64,000 nucleotides of DNA from Candidatus Binatia bacterium (GTDB lineage Bacteria; Desulfobacterota; Binatia; HRBIN30). How positions within the stretch are numbered: the stretch's first letter is position 1; the number at the start of each line of letters is the position of its first letter. The notes under the pieces are model-generated. The model saw nothing but the letters and a program-made list of their open reading frames with translations, was not told the origin of the DNA and made no database searches. The stretch spans positions 1-64,000 of the forward strand of contig JBBRSP010000005.1 of assembly GCA_038245295.1 (NCBI GenBank), in the 5' to 3' direction. Positions 22,091 to 32,592 of this stretch are shown here, piece after piece. The position numbers and the translations under genes were made by a program.

Positions 22091-23329
22091 TCAAAGGCGT
22101 GTCGGGGATTCCACCGCCGGCCGGACGCTGCGGAACTGCACCAGGAGCAGCACATCGTAGATCAACTTGAGCACGCCGCCGGCAACCAGCGGCCAGCCGA
22201 AGCTCGAATAGTGCAGCATCGCCCCGGCCAGCAGCGGCGCCACGGCGCTAGCCAGGCTGCGGGGAACGTTGGTGACGCTGGCGGCGGCGGCGCGCTCTTC
22301 CGGCGGCACTACCGCCATGACGTACGACTGGCGCGCCGGCACGTCCATCTGTGACAGCGCCATACGCACCAGCAAGCAGGCGATCGCCAACCCGGGCGTC
22401 GGCATGAAGGCGGCAAGGATCAGGAACAGATTGGCCGGGATGTGCGTGTAGGCCATCGTCTCGATGAGCCCGATGCGAGCCGCCAGATACGGCGATACCA
22501 GCTGCGAGAACGCCGACAGCAGGCGCGCCGCGAAGAACACGCTGCCGGCAACTTGCAGCGACAAATCGAAACGTTGGAACAACCACAGCGCCAGCAACGC
22601 ATCGACAGCAAAGCCGCCGCCGAAGGAATCGAGTGCGAACAGCATCGTCAGACGGAAAGCGATGGCGCGCGAGCGCTGCAGCGGCCGACTCTCGATCGCC
22701 GTGGACTGCGTCCCGGCCCCACTATCCATGCGCAGGTAGAGTGCGGCAATGGCGATCGCCGTCACGCCGTACAACAGAAAGCCGACACGAAAGGCGGTGA
22801 GCAGATCGACGCCAAGGCGTAGCGTTGCGATTGCCGGCAGCCCGCTTGCCAGCGCCCCGAAGGCGCCGAACAAGGTGCCGCCGAGCGTATAACGCGCGAA
22901 CAAGGCGGTGCGCTCCGTGGCTGCCACCTCGCCTGCCAGCAAGGACTGCTCGGTCGGCAGGAACACACTGACGTCGCCGGCACTCGGATTGAGAGTGCCG
23001 GCAAAGGCGATCAGCAACAGCGGCCACAACGCGGTGGCCCAGGCAAAGCCGACGCCGGTCGCGAACATGAGAACAGCGGCGCCGAGCAACACACGATGCG
23101 GCGGCAAACGATGCACGAACAAACCGACCGCCAACGTGAGCGCGGCGGAACCGAGCAGCGTCGCCGTGACCACGGCCCCGACTTCGACGGCCGAGAATCC
23201 AAGCAACTCCAAATACGCAGCGAGGTAGACACTGACAAACCCGTCGGCGAACCCGCGCAAAGCCCGCGCGGTGATCAGGCGAGCCGCGTCGGGAGTGGCG
23301 CTGGCGGGGAGGAGCATCGGCGACTGCAT
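22091..23329 (-). CDS. MFS transporter
   Basis: About 12 TM segments, GTLNPSAGDVSVFLPTEQ, QMDVPARQSYVMAVV. Confidence 0.88.
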   Translation of the reverse strand: MQSPMLLPASATPDAARLITARALRGFADGFVSVYLAAYLELLGFSAVEVGAVVTATLLGSAALTLAVGLFVHRLPPHRVLLGAAVLMFATGVGFAWATALWPLLLIAFAGTLNPSAGDVSVFLPTEQSLLAGEVAATERTALFARYTLGGTLFGAFGALASGLPAIATLRLGVDLLTAFRVGFLLYGVTAIAIAALYLRMDSGAGTQSTAIESRPLQRSRAIAFRLTMLFALDSFGGGFAVDALLALWLFQRFDLSLQVAGSVFFAARLLSAFSQLVSPYLAARIGLIETMAYTHIPANLFLILAAFMPTPGLAIACLLVRMALSQMDVPARQSYVMAVVPPEERAAAASVTNVPRSLASAVAPLLAGAMLHYSSFGWPLVAGGVLKLIYDVLLLVQFRSVRPAVESPTRL

Positions 23330-23540
23330 ACCACGACGAGTTTCAACAGGAATGGGCAGGGAACCGATGGAAAGCGGACGACCCAGTGGTCATGACGCTG
23401 GGCGCGACATCGAAGCGAATGACGAATGGTAGGGACTGGTAGGGAGTCGTGGGGCGAGCGTCGGGCCGACGAACGAACTCGGGAAACTTTCGAATTAGAG
23501 CAACCGACGACCACGCGGAGGAAGCCGCGAAAGAAGGCGA

Positions 23541-24353
23541 CTAGATCGTCTTCGCGTGAACGACCGGCCAACATCCGCGCATGGAGGGAGCGTGCAGCCG
23601 CAGCGTCGGGTCATCGCCGATCCACCCGGGCGTGCCGGCTGCGTCGACAAAGGCAACGCCGATCGGCATCTCCGGCTGCTTATCCGCCAGCGCGGTGATC
23701 TTGGTCTCCGCTTCGTCGCTCATAGCGATCCAGGCTTCCTTGAGGGCGATGGGGTTTAGGTCACGCGCCTTGAGCTTGTCTAGCTCTGCAGGATCGATGC
23801 GTGCGAATCGGCGCATCATCTTCAAGGCCGACAGTGGCGTGAACCCGGGGTCCTTGCCACACGCGGCCCAGCAGATCGCGGCCAGAGGAAAGACGCGGCC
23901 CAATTCGACGATGTCGACATAGTCGCGGGTCTCTATGCGCGCGCATAACGCAAGAGCCTTATTCGTCGCGACGTCAAACAGGTGCAATCGCCAGCCCAAC
24001 ACATCATCGCGCTCGATGGGAAAGAATCGGAAGGCTGAATCGGCGGCCCAGTCGACCTCGGTACTCCCTTGCTGCCCGCCGACCCGGGCTCGGCGAAAAC
24101 TCGAGGGCTGCTCCCATTCGCCGTGCGGGGACACGGTCTCCACGGCGAAACCAGCCTGGCGCAAACGCTCAACGTCGGCCCGACTGGTGCGATCTACCTC
24201 GGCGATTACATCATGAAAGATGTCGAAGTCATGCGAGTAGCGGGCGGAGTCGTCGGCCGCGTGCAGCACTACGCCACCCGCGAAATGACTTACCTCGCTG
24301 CGGCTCGCCGAGAGGATGCCTAGGACTTGTTTTTGGAATGGCGTGAGAGGCAT
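23541..24353 (-). CDS. AbiEii/AbiGii-like nucleotidyltransferase domain protein
   Basis: FAGG...RYSHDFDIF, NKALA...RIETRDYVD; start at MPLTPFQ. Confidence 0.7.
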   Translation of the reverse strand: MPLTPFQKQVLGILSASRSEVSHFAGGVVLHAADDSARYSHDFDIFHDVIAEVDRTSRADVERLRQAGFAVETVSPHGEWEQPSSFRRARVGGQQGSTEVDWAADSAFRFFPIERDDVLGWRLHLFDVATNKALALCARIETRDYVDIVELGRVFPLAAICWAACGKDPGFTPLSALKMMRRFARIDPAELDKLKARDLNPIALKEAWIAMSDEAETKITALADKQPEMPIGVAFVDAAGTPGWIGDDPTLRLHAPSMRGCWPVVHAKTI

Positions 24354-24568
24354 CGCTGCAGTTCCTGAGCCTGAGTCCAAGCTCGCCGATCTCCATGCGT
24401 CCGCAGGTGCTCAACAACGAGGCGAACGTCGGCGAGGTTCTCAACACGCGCATCCGGATGCCAATACCAGAAGCACTCCGGGTGGGCCTCGACGAGCGCC
24501 GCCGCCTGCGCCAGCAACTCGCTCACAGGGATCACCTGTACCGGTTCGATTTTGGATGCGGCGTCCAC
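24320..24568 (-). CDS. Small hypothetical protein overlapping the nucleotidyltransferase gene (candidate antitoxin)
   Basis: 82 aa, HPECFWYW...LRTHGDRRAW; overlaps the downstream gene start. Confidence 0.65.
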   Translation of the reverse strand: MDAASKIEPVQVIPVSELLAQAAALVEAHPECFWYWHPDARVENLADVRLVVEHLRTHGDRRAWTQAQELQRCLSRHSKNKS

Positions 24569-24973
24569 GCCGTGACACTACTGGCCGCCACGCCGGGCTT
24601 CAAGCGTCGGTTTGCCTTCGCCCCCTCCGGCCCTGATCGCGCAGGAGCAGGTGAACATGGTCACGCTGTAGTCGAGCACGCACAAGCCGCCACGCCGCCG
24701 CGCTTCGTAAAGGCGACAAGCCACGGGTCTCAACGAACGTGAGCGACCGCTCCTTGCCCAGGGCTCGCCCAAAACAGCAGCTACGATTTCCTTGACAGCC
24801 GCAGCCGTTGCTGGCCACGTGCTCGACAGGATCATCAGTCGTCGAGAGGCCAGCGGTAGGTGGGTTCGCGCTCCGTTGGCCGGACGTTCTTGAAAGCGAG
24901 CCGGGGGTAGATGTCGGGTGATCGCTCACATCATTCGTCATCGGGACCGTTTACGGACGGAAAGGAATCGTCG

Positions 24974-25819
24974 ATGAACAGCCACATCAAGACACTGCTC
25001 ATGGGGCAGATCACCAGAACCAGCCGATGGGCCCTTACACTATTGGCGGCGCAGTCATTCGCCGTCGCGGCACACGCGACGTCGACGTACAAGTATTCGA
25101 CGAACCTCACAGCCGCGGGAACCGTCATCAGCCCTGGAACGACCAAGGTCGTTCCTCGCCTCCTGCCGACGAGCACGTTCAAGTTTGGCAGCGATGGGAC
25201 CCTCACCGTGACGCTCAAAGGCGTGCGCGACGCCGGCGGCAACGTGGTCAACACGACGAGCAATACAACCGATCCATTCGTGGTCTCTGGCGATGAGTAC
25301 ATCGTCACGGTTCATGCCGCGCCGCTTGACGCGCCGGCGCTCGAGTTTGAGCTCACCATTCCCGTGGAGTTGAAAAAGGGCGCCGGCAAAACTGTCGTCG
25401 ACCTTCAGTACCTTACCGATCAGGGGCTGAATTACCTTCACAACACCGTCGGCGCGAATGCTTCCGGCGCGGTTGCCACCAAATCAATTCTCGTCTGGGC
25501 ACCAAGCCCAGTCGCGATCATGAGTCCCGACTGTGCAAACGCACTGACTCGACCGAAGACGGCTCCGTCCTGGGTGGGTGGGTTCTTGGCGAATTATTGG
25601 CTGCCGCCTGCCAGCGGTGGGCCGGTAGTCAATCCATGTACCAGCGGCGCTGCGGCGGACGTCGTCGGGCTCGCCGGTATCGCTGTACAGCCGGGCTCCG
25701 GCGTCCACGGCGGTGGATGTCAGATCGGGCTGCCCGGCAGCGGCACGATGGGGTGGTTGCTGCTGCTTCCAGCCCTCGGTCTGCTGATGAAGCGCCGACC
25801 GAAGTTAGCGCCCCGTTGA
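24974..25819 (+). CDS. Secreted protein with C-terminal GGGC-TM-basic sorting/anchor motif
   Basis: AAAGGA RBS, signal peptide ending AHA, C-terminus GGGCQIG...WLLLLPALGLLMKRRPK. Confidence 0.75.
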   Translation: MNSHIKTLLMGQITRTSRWALTLLAAQSFAVAAHATSTYKYSTNLTAAGTVISPGTTKVVPRLLPTSTFKFGSDGTLTVTLKGVRDAGGNVVNTTSNTTDPFVVSGDEYIVTVHAAPLDAPALEFELTIPVELKKGAGKTVVDLQYLTDQGLNYLHNTVGANASGAVATKSILVWAPSPVAIMSPDCANALTRPKTAPSWVGGFLANYWLPPASGGPVVNPCTSGAAADVVGLAGIAVQPGSGVHGGGCQIGLPGSGTMGWLLLLPALGLLMKRRPKLAPR

Positions 25820-25856
25820 CGAACAATCCCGCCGCCGCGGGCCGGCGGCATGCCCG

Positions 25857-26008
25857 GGCTTTGCACGGCAATTCGCCTTGGCGGACTCCGCAGGCTGAAG
25901 CCTGCGCCTACCGGTTTCCAATCCGCCAGCGTATTCAGCGTGGTAGGCGCAGGCTTCAGCCTGCGGTGAGCTGAGCGCTGGCTGCTCGTCGAATCGCCGT
26001 GCAAAGCC
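25857..26008. mobile_element. MITE copy A (152 bp): 18-bp TIRs, 9-bp TSD gcatgcccg, contains a REPIN
   Basis: ggctttgcacggcaattc ... gaatcgccgtgcaaagcc; gcatgcccg at 25848-25856 and 26009-26017. Confidence 0.88.
25889..25965. repeat. 77-bp REPIN-like element, copy 2
   Basis: cgcaggctgaagcctgcgcctac ... gtaggcgcaggcttcagcctgcg (perfect 23-bp inverted arms). Confidence 0.85.
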
Positions 26009-26367
26009 GCATGCCCGCGTCCCGTGGGCCGCTTCCAGCGCAAGTTCAGGGAAGGACTCTCCGCAGGAGCCGGGACTCGTTTGCCGGAGCTCGTGGAGAT
26101 TTTCGTTGCTGAGTCTGCGATAACGTGCATGTCGACGATGCGTGCCGACATCGTCGAGGCAGGCCCATTGAATTGGCGCGGCACCTGGTTGCTGATTGCT
26201 TCAGCGATGCCGTCGGCAGAGAAGTTTCGAGAAGCGGTCCAATCGTAATAGGCCCGGCCGAATGTGCCACACGCAAGCGCCCCCAGATAGTCGCGGTTGG
26301 ATAGGGTCTGGTGCAGATCGCGGCCTTGCTCCAGAAGACAGCGACCCACCGGGTCGCGCCAAACGCG

Positions 26368-27621
26368 TCACTGTTTGACCAATTCGACACGCCGGTTCTT
26401 CGCCCGGCCCTCACTCTTGGCGTTGTCCGCAATCGGGCTGCTCTCGCCACGGCCGGCCGAGCTGAGCCGTGATTTCTCGATGCCGCCCTTGACCACCGCA
26501 TCAACCACCGCAGCCGCTCGCGCTTCCGACAATTTTTGATTGGCTGCGTCATCACCGACGCTGTCGGTGTGGCCCTCGATGCTCAGCTTGTAGCCCGGAT
26601 AGGCTTTGAGAAGCGCCACCACCTGCGCGATCACCGGTGCGGCATCGGGTTTCAGGCTGGCCTTGGCGAAATCGAAATTGACGTAAAGCGCGATGTGGCC
26701 GTTTTGGTCGAGTGCGGCTTTGAGTGCATCGGACTTCGGCGGAGTGGCCACAGGCTGGTAGGATTTCTCGTCCGTCACGTCCAACTTCACGTTGCCGAAC
26801 AGCGAGACCACATGCACCCAGACCAGGTGATCACCATCGGGCATGCGCGCAACCAGATCAGTTTTGTCCTGATAGATCAGTTCACCGCCCTTGGCCTTCA
26901 TGGCTTCGAGATAGTTCTGCACGATTTCCAGATCCGCCGCGGGCTGCGTACCTGGCTTGGGCTCGTAGTCTAAATGCAGACGCTTGCCCTGCACAGTCAC
27001 GAAGTTGCCGGCGCTGATCGGGAAAGTGAGATCTCCCGCATCCGCCTTCTCGCTCTTCACCACGGCATAACCCGGCATGTGGCCCAGCAGGCGGTAGTCG
27101 TCCGTTGCCGGCTCGGTGAGGCTGAGCTTGAGTGCGGTCTTGGTTACGACCCACACCGTATAGCTGCTGGCGAAACCCTGCGCACAGTTGATGTGCATCC
27201 AGGTCTCGCCGCCGTCCTTGACCAGTCTGGCCGTCGTCACACAGGCATCGCCGTAGAGCAGGCTGGCACCCAGCTTGTTGAGCTCCTGCTTGTAGTGGTC
27301 TGCAATCACCTGCGGCGCCGGTTCATTCAAACCCGCTTTGAGATCGTAGGTCTGGCTGCACCAAGCACCCTGTACCGTCGTCGGCGCGCCGGTGCCCGGG
27401 GCACTCAACAAGAAATCGTGTTCGCCGAACACATGCCGCTCCGGCTTGCCGCCCATTTCGTTACTGGCATCGGAGGCATACGTTCCGATGTGGCCCAGCG
27501 GGGCACAGTCGGCGTCATCCGCCTTAGCCACCGGTGCGGCCACCGCCATCACCACCAGCAGCAGGCCGCGGAGCAGGACGGGCAGATGCAGTGCAAGGCG
27601 CGGCAGTCGTTGAAAGTTCAT
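26368..27621 (-). CDS. OmpA-family protein with duplicated N-terminal domain
   Basis: Signal peptide; C-terminal NFDFAKASL...EGHTDSVG...LSEARAAAV...GRAKNRRVE. Confidence 0.88.
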   Translation of the reverse strand: MNFQRLPRLALHLPVLLRGLLLVVMAVAAPVAKADDADCAPLGHIGTYASDASNEMGGKPERHVFGEHDFLLSAPGTGAPTTVQGAWCSQTYDLKAGLNEPAPQVIADHYKQELNKLGASLLYGDACVTTARLVKDGGETWMHINCAQGFASSYTVWVVTKTALKLSLTEPATDDYRLLGHMPGYAVVKSEKADAGDLTFPISAGNFVTVQGKRLHLDYEPKPGTQPAADLEIVQNYLEAMKAKGGELIYQDKTDLVARMPDGDHLVWVHVVSLFGNVKLDVTDEKSYQPVATPPKSDALKAALDQNGHIALYVNFDFAKASLKPDAAPVIAQVVALLKAYPGYKLSIEGHTDSVGDDAANQKLSEARAAAVVDAVVKGGIEKSRLSSAGRGESSPIADNAKSEGRAKNRRVELVKQ

Positions 27622-27728
27622 CGGCGCTCCCGTTCGTTCTTTGTTCATCGTACCCAGGCCCAGCTTGCTAGCAGCATTGCCACACAGTTGGCGGCTGCAT
27701 GCTGAGAAAAGGTGCTGAGAAAAGCATG

Positions 27729-27753
27729 AGAAAAGGGGATGATCCCCATTTTC
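27729..27753. repeat. AAAAGGGG-N-CCCCATTTT palindromic repeat at the truncation point of the YfhO-like gene
   Basis: gaaaaggggatgatccccattttc, preceded by tandem tgagaaaag; same family as 38692/38829. Confidence 0.7.
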
Positions 27754-27754
27754 G

Positions 27755-29231
27755 GTCAGTCTGCAGTGCGGCCGCCACGAGCGCTACGCCGCTCAAGGCG
27801 CGCCAACGCCGGCGCGCCAGTCCGTGCATTCCGAAAGCGGCAACGCTCAGAGCGCCGCACGCGAACGCTGTGGGCTCCACCCACAGCGGAATGACGCGGA
27901 TGCGAATTGCCGCGAACGCTGCCGACGGCGTCGCGAGCGCTTCGGGCGGCACGCAAGAGAGCGCCATCGCAAGGAGTGCGATGAGCGACAGGATCGTCTG
28001 CGCGGTGAGTTGGATGGACTGACCGCGGACGAATCGTGGCGCCCGCTCCTCTTCAACGATCCACACGAGTAACAGCGTGAAGATCGCCGGGAGAACAAAC
28101 GCCATGCGCCCTGGGATCCGGATGGAGTTGATGAACGGAACAAAGCGATAAGCGAGCGGATGCACGAAGGTGCGATCGCCCATGAGATAGAGGAACGTGA
28201 GTAGTCCACTCCCCCACAGCACCCAGGTGACGAGCGGCACCCGGATACGGAACAGCGGCAGCAGCGGTATGAACACCGCAAGCAGCAGGAGCGATGAGCC
28301 ACCGAAGGCGCCGTGAACGTCCGATCTCAACGGATGGAGAAAGTTGTTGAGTAGTCCAGCAAGGGTGTCGGGATGAGCGATCGTCCAGGCATAGTCGGCG
28401 CCGACACGGCCGGCGTTGCTGCGTAGGAAGTCGATGGCGAACGGCAGGGCATAAGCAGCCGCGCAGAGAAGGCCGAGGCCGGCCGCTGCGGCCGTGCGGA
28501 GTGGAAAACGCCACGCCTCGCCGCCGTGTCCCTCGGTTTGATTCTGTACTGTCGCCAGCCAGGGCAAGGTCAGCGTGAACAGCGACGCAGCTAGGATCGC
28601 GCTCAGGACATGCTGCGGATGGCCGCTGGTGAGTAGCCAATAGATTGCGCCGGCGATGGGCAAGGGTTGCGTACCACAGGCGCTCCCTACCGAAACTCCA
28701 CAGGAGGGCCGCGGTGAGGAAGATGAACCCCGTGTAGGTCTCCAGTGCCTCGCCGTAGCGGAACATATCGAGCATCCGCAGGTTGTAAACGGCGAGCCCG
28801 GAGAGCCCGAACGCCACCGCCGTGTTGAGGCGCCATCGTCGCAGGGCGCTGAATAAGGCGTAGTGCGCGCCACCCAATGACAGCAAGCGTAGACAGGTGC
28901 TCCAATCGAGCGCCGAGCCGTCCCAGTATCCGGGTAACCAGGGCAGCAGCGCGGGCAGGGGATGGAACAGCTGGCCCATCGTCATGGCGCTGGCCGATTG
29001 GCCGCCGGCGTACCCCGGCATGTAGAGAGGAAATGTCCCGGTGTGCAGAGCCCAGTGTAGGACGAGCTGTTCCTGTATCGGTTGGGCGACGTAATCGTTG
29101 CCGATCGTTGTGTCCGATAGCCAGGGGACTGTCCAGCGAAAGGCGACGAATGGAAACAGCAGGGCCGTGAGACGCCACACCCAGAGACCCGCGATCGTGG
29201 GCTCCGCGTGATTGGGACGACCCGCTGGCAT
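27755..29231 (-). pseudogene. YfhO-like polytopic membrane protein (putative GT-C), frameshifted near 28660 and 3'-truncated
   Basis: The N-terminal half lies in ORF 28053..29231 (GNDY...PLYMPGYAGG) and continues in another frame (SGHPQH...IRIPGR) in 27668..28873; it ends at a repeat. Confidence 0.65.
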
Positions 29232-29364
29232 CAGTGGAGATGACCGCTAGCCGGCGCAGATGCCGTCTTCATTCTGGGTCTCATCCAACTGTGCGAGCCG
29301 TGTCCTACGACCCATATCGCGGGCAGACTGAGTAGCCTCAATCACGACATCCCACCTTCAGGCA

Positions 29365-29700
29365 ACCGGTCCGGATTCCGGCTGGGGCAACGAACCGGAG
29401 TACGGAAGGCTTTAGTCTCATATTGAAACTTGCGACAGAAGAATCGAGATTCCGGCGAACAGCCGGAATCTCGCAAGCACGGCCGCTCTTACACCTGGGG
29501 AGATCGCGGCTTTCGAGACTGTCGTAAAACCAAAGTGGAGCAACGTCATCCCGGTGAAAACCGGGATCTCCCCCTGCTGGAAGCCTCGAAAGCTGGCGAG
29601 ATAGCGGCTTTCGTCGGTATGACGGATAGGTCTGCTCGGTTTCAAATATGGTTTCCCAGTAAATCGACAGTCTTTTTCGCCGGGATGACGTTCTCTGGAC
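29365..29700. repeat. Cluster of degenerate palindromes (GTCATCCCG..CGGGATC / CGGGATGAC type)
   Basis: gtcatcccggtgaaaaccgggatct, cgccgggatgacg, gagattccggcgaacagccggaatctc; no credible CDS. Confidence 0.55.
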
Positions 29701-29871
29701 TCGCAAACCAAATTGACCCGCTACCGTCTCAGCCGTAGCGCTGGCATCCGCCGACGAAAAGCGGTAAACGCGCCAACTCAGCGAGTTACACTCACGTCCT
29801 CGCCACGTGAAAAGTTCTGCGTCGTCAGCTTCGACGTCGGTGGCTCACACGCGCGCGTCGATTCATCGGCG

Positions 29872-30675
29872 TCATTTTAGATACTCCGGCTTAATGAACT
29901 TGAGTACGAAGCGGTCGCTGGTGCCGCGCCGTTCGGCAGCAGCACTCGGTGAGTCATTCCAGTCGCGGCTATCGTTCGGGTTGCGCATGAAGTTAGCGCT
30001 GTCGTCGAGGCGGAAGCCGGCGGCCTCAATTTCCTGGCGCAAGACACTCTCTTCAATGCGATGCAGTGTTTTGACTTCGCTCACACCGGCGCCGCTTCGC
30101 GCACTGTGGTCGATGACACCAAAGACTCCGCCGCGCTTCAACGCATCGAAGATGGCGCGATTCATTTGTGCCCGGTCGGTGTCGAGCCAGACCGTATCGT
30201 GGTAAAAAAGCACGAGCAGCACCGCATCGAGTTCTTTCGCTTCCAGCGGCAGGGGATCGTCGAACTCGCGATCGACGCGTACGACATTGTGCATGACGGG
30301 TTTGGCAAGGCGCGCCGTCCATGGTGCCTGGGCGAAGCGATCCAGGATGAACTTCGAGTTCTGCGCATACACTGTGCCCGTGGGTCCCACCGAACGCGCC
30401 AGAAGCTCGGATGTATAGCCGCCGCCGGCGCCAAGCTCGGCAACCCGCATGCCCGGCTTGATGCCGAAGAAGGCAAGAGTTTCGGCAGGATGGCGACCGC
30501 TATCGAGCTGCCGATCAGCGGCGCTGCGATCCCCGGCCGCCACAACCTCCTCCGCCGCAGAGCGGCGAAGGGCGTCGTTGGCACGGCCTGAACAGCAACA
30601 GTGCGCGCAGCCGTTCACGACGAGCGCCAAGATGGGCAAGAGAAGTGCGGCACGCCACCCGGTTGAAGTTCTCAT
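29872..30675 (-). CDS. Class I SAM-dependent methyltransferase-like protein, probably exported/lipoprotein
   Basis: RHPAETLAFFG, VAELGAGGGYTSELL, LFYHD, SDRFVLKF; lipobox-like VVNGC. Confidence 0.85.
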   Translation of the reverse strand: MRTSTGWRAALLLPILALVVNGCAHCCCSGRANDALRRSAAEEVVAAGDRSAADRQLDSGRHPAETLAFFGIKPGMRVAELGAGGGYTSELLARSVGPTGTVYAQNSKFILDRFAQAPWTARLAKPVMHNVVRVDREFDDPLPLEAKELDAVLLVLFYHDTVWLDTDRAQMNRAIFDALKRGGVFGVIDHSARSGAGVSEVKTLHRIEESVLRQEIEAAGFRLDDSANFMRNPNDSRDWNDSPSAAAERRGTSDRFVLKFIKPEYLK

Positions 30676-31101
30676 GTGTGTAAGCTGCCGGTGATTGGCT
30701 GCCGTGTCGAGACCGCGTCTCAATCTTTGGCGCGCGCAGCCCGCTCACTAAACCGAATCGGTATCCGGACGCCCGCGGTGGTTATGCTGCAGCAGCTTGA
30801 GGGCGTAACGCCGGACGATCTTGTCGTTCCAAAAGACAGACGCAATCGCAGTCCTGATCGGTTGGGGTAACGGCCAACGGAACTCCGGCGTTGACATTTC
30901 CTGGCGGTGGTTGCGTGGGCGTATTCGTCGGCCATAGCCGCGGTGTCATTCCCAACGCTGCCGAACACTACCGCCAAGCCTTGGTGATCGATCCCAACCA
31001 TCAGGAGTCGCGCCATCAGCTGTCGCGGCTCCTGTCGCTGCAGCCAGAACCCGACGCCCCCTGATGGGGGCGATCGCCCAACCCGTCGGCCCAGCGAGCG
31101 A

Positions 31102-32592
31102 TTGTTTGACCGATGGCCTGAGGCGTGTCATTCGGGGTCCTGGCATGTCGACACGGTTTCGCTCATGGGCGATCCGATTCGTTGCGGTCAGCGGCATAAG
31201 GGGGCAACGCTTCGATCAGTCGCTACAAGCGGGAGGGCGCTCGTGAGCGCCGCCCTGCAGACCTTGCCTCGCGTTGAGGTGTGGCAAGCCGTGCGTCGGA
31301 AGACGCAGCCGCTGCTCGTCGAGCGCGTGCGCCTCGGTCTCTACCTCATCCTGATCTCGTACGTTCCGTTCGTCGCGCAGGATCTGATGTTTTCCCAAGA
31401 CCGCTTGGTGTGGCTTCTGCTCATCAAGGTCGCCCAGGTCAGTTTCGTGCTGGCATCGCTGTGGTCTCTGCGGAGTGAGCGGTTTCTGCGCCACGCGGCA
31501 GCAGCAACCCTGGCCTCGATCACGGCTCTAGGTTTTCTGGCGGTGCTGTCGGCCCTGGTGCGCCAGAATACCGGAAGCACTGTACTGCTTTTCATCATCA
31601 TCACCATCGGCGCGTCGATGGCCCTCCCGTGGGGCGCGTGGTGGCAAGCAGCCCTGGTCGGCATCTTCGCCGTTCTGCTCGGGTGGAGCCAATACAGCGT
31701 CCACGGCTCACTGCTACCTGTGCTTGCAGACCCAGCCAACGGCGCAGTTCTCACGGCGGCGCTGCTGTCGTTGTTCACGGCCAACGGGGTGCAACAATTT
31801 CGCTATCAGATCGAGGAGCGCGACTTGCGTCTGCAACGCAGCCAGGCGGAGCTCATGCATGCGTTGCGCCTGGGCACGTTGAATGAAATTGCCTCCGGTC
31901 TGGCCCACGAGATCAACCAACCGCTCGGCGCCATCGCCAACTACGCCGCCGTGGTCAGGCGCCGACTCGATTCCGGAGCAGCCACGCCGGAAGAGTTAGC
32001 CCGCGGCGTCGATCTAATTGGTTCGGAAGCGATGCGCGCCGGGGCGATCCTGCGTCGGCTGCGCGACCTCGGCCGCAAGGGCTCGATCGGCATGCAGGTG
32101 GTCGACATCAACACGGTGATCGCTCGCGCGGTGGAGCTGGTGAGGCCGCAGGCGGAGCTCCAGGGCGTGACGCTCGTGCTGGCGACCGGCAGCCGCCTCC
32201 CGGCTGTGTATGTCGACGACATCCAGATCGAGCAGGTAGCCCTGAACCTCATGCTCAACGGCATCGAAGCAATGAACGCAAGCGCGCCGAAGATCCTGTC
32301 GGTAAGCGCGGCTTGTGAGCAGCACAGCGTCCGAATCACGGTGCGCGACACCGGTGGCGGCTACGCCATCGCCACCGGCGAGCAGATCTTCGAGCCGTTC
32401 TTCACTACCAAGGCCCAGGGTCTTGGTATGGGCCTGGCGATCAGTCGCCGCATCGTCGAAGCGCACGGCGGCTCCCTGACCGGCGGGCCGAACCCAGATG
32501 GTCGCGGCTGCACGTTTTCGTTTGTGTTGCCGGCGGCGCACCAGGAAGCCAGTTCTACCGCCAATCCTACCGAGGTCTTACCACCCCTTTAG
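31102..32592 (+). CDS. Membrane sensor histidine kinase; true start probably downstream (about 31243)
   Basis: Several TM helices, H-box LAHEINQPL, N-box LNLMLNG, DTGGG, FEPFFTTK, GLGMGL. Confidence 0.9.
   Translation: MFDRWPEACHSGSWHVDTVSLMGDPIRCGQRHKGATLRSVATSGRALVSAALQTLPRVEVWQAVRRKTQPLLVERVRLGLYLILISYVPFVAQDLMFSQDRLVWLLLIKVAQVSFVLASLWSLRSERFLRHAAAATLASITALGFLAVLSALVRQNTGSTVLLFIIITIGASMALPWGAWWQAALVGIFAVLLGWSQYSVHGSLLPVLADPANGAVLTAALLSLFTANGVQQFRYQIEERDLRLQRSQAELMHALRLGTLNEIASGLAHEINQPLGAIANYAAVVRRRLDSGAATPEELARGVDLIGSEAMRAGAILRRLRDLGRKGSIGMQVVDINTVIARAVELVRPQAELQGVTLVLATGSRLPAVYVDDIQIEQVALNLMLNGIEAMNASAPKILSVSAACEQHSVRITVRDTGGGYAIATGEQIFEPFFTTKAQGLGMGLAISRRIVEAHGGSLTGGPNPDGRGCTFSFVLPAAHQEASSTANPTEVLPPL

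Noticed and set aside
23420..23450. tggtaggga duplicated 9-mer as an att site
   Set aside because: Too short, with no partner site or integrase found.
24700..24775. c-di-GMP-I riboswitch (contains AAGCCACGGGTCT)
   Set aside because: The GGCAAA/GNRA P2 stem and a convincing P1 are missing; it would need an Infernal scan.
25720..26555. Minus-strand ORFs 25720..26349 and 26046..26555
   Set aside because: They overlap real genes and the MITE/REPIN and show no protein-like motifs.
29338..29738. Short ORFs in the palindrome patch
   Set aside because: Translations of repeat-derived sequence with no RBS or domain evidence.
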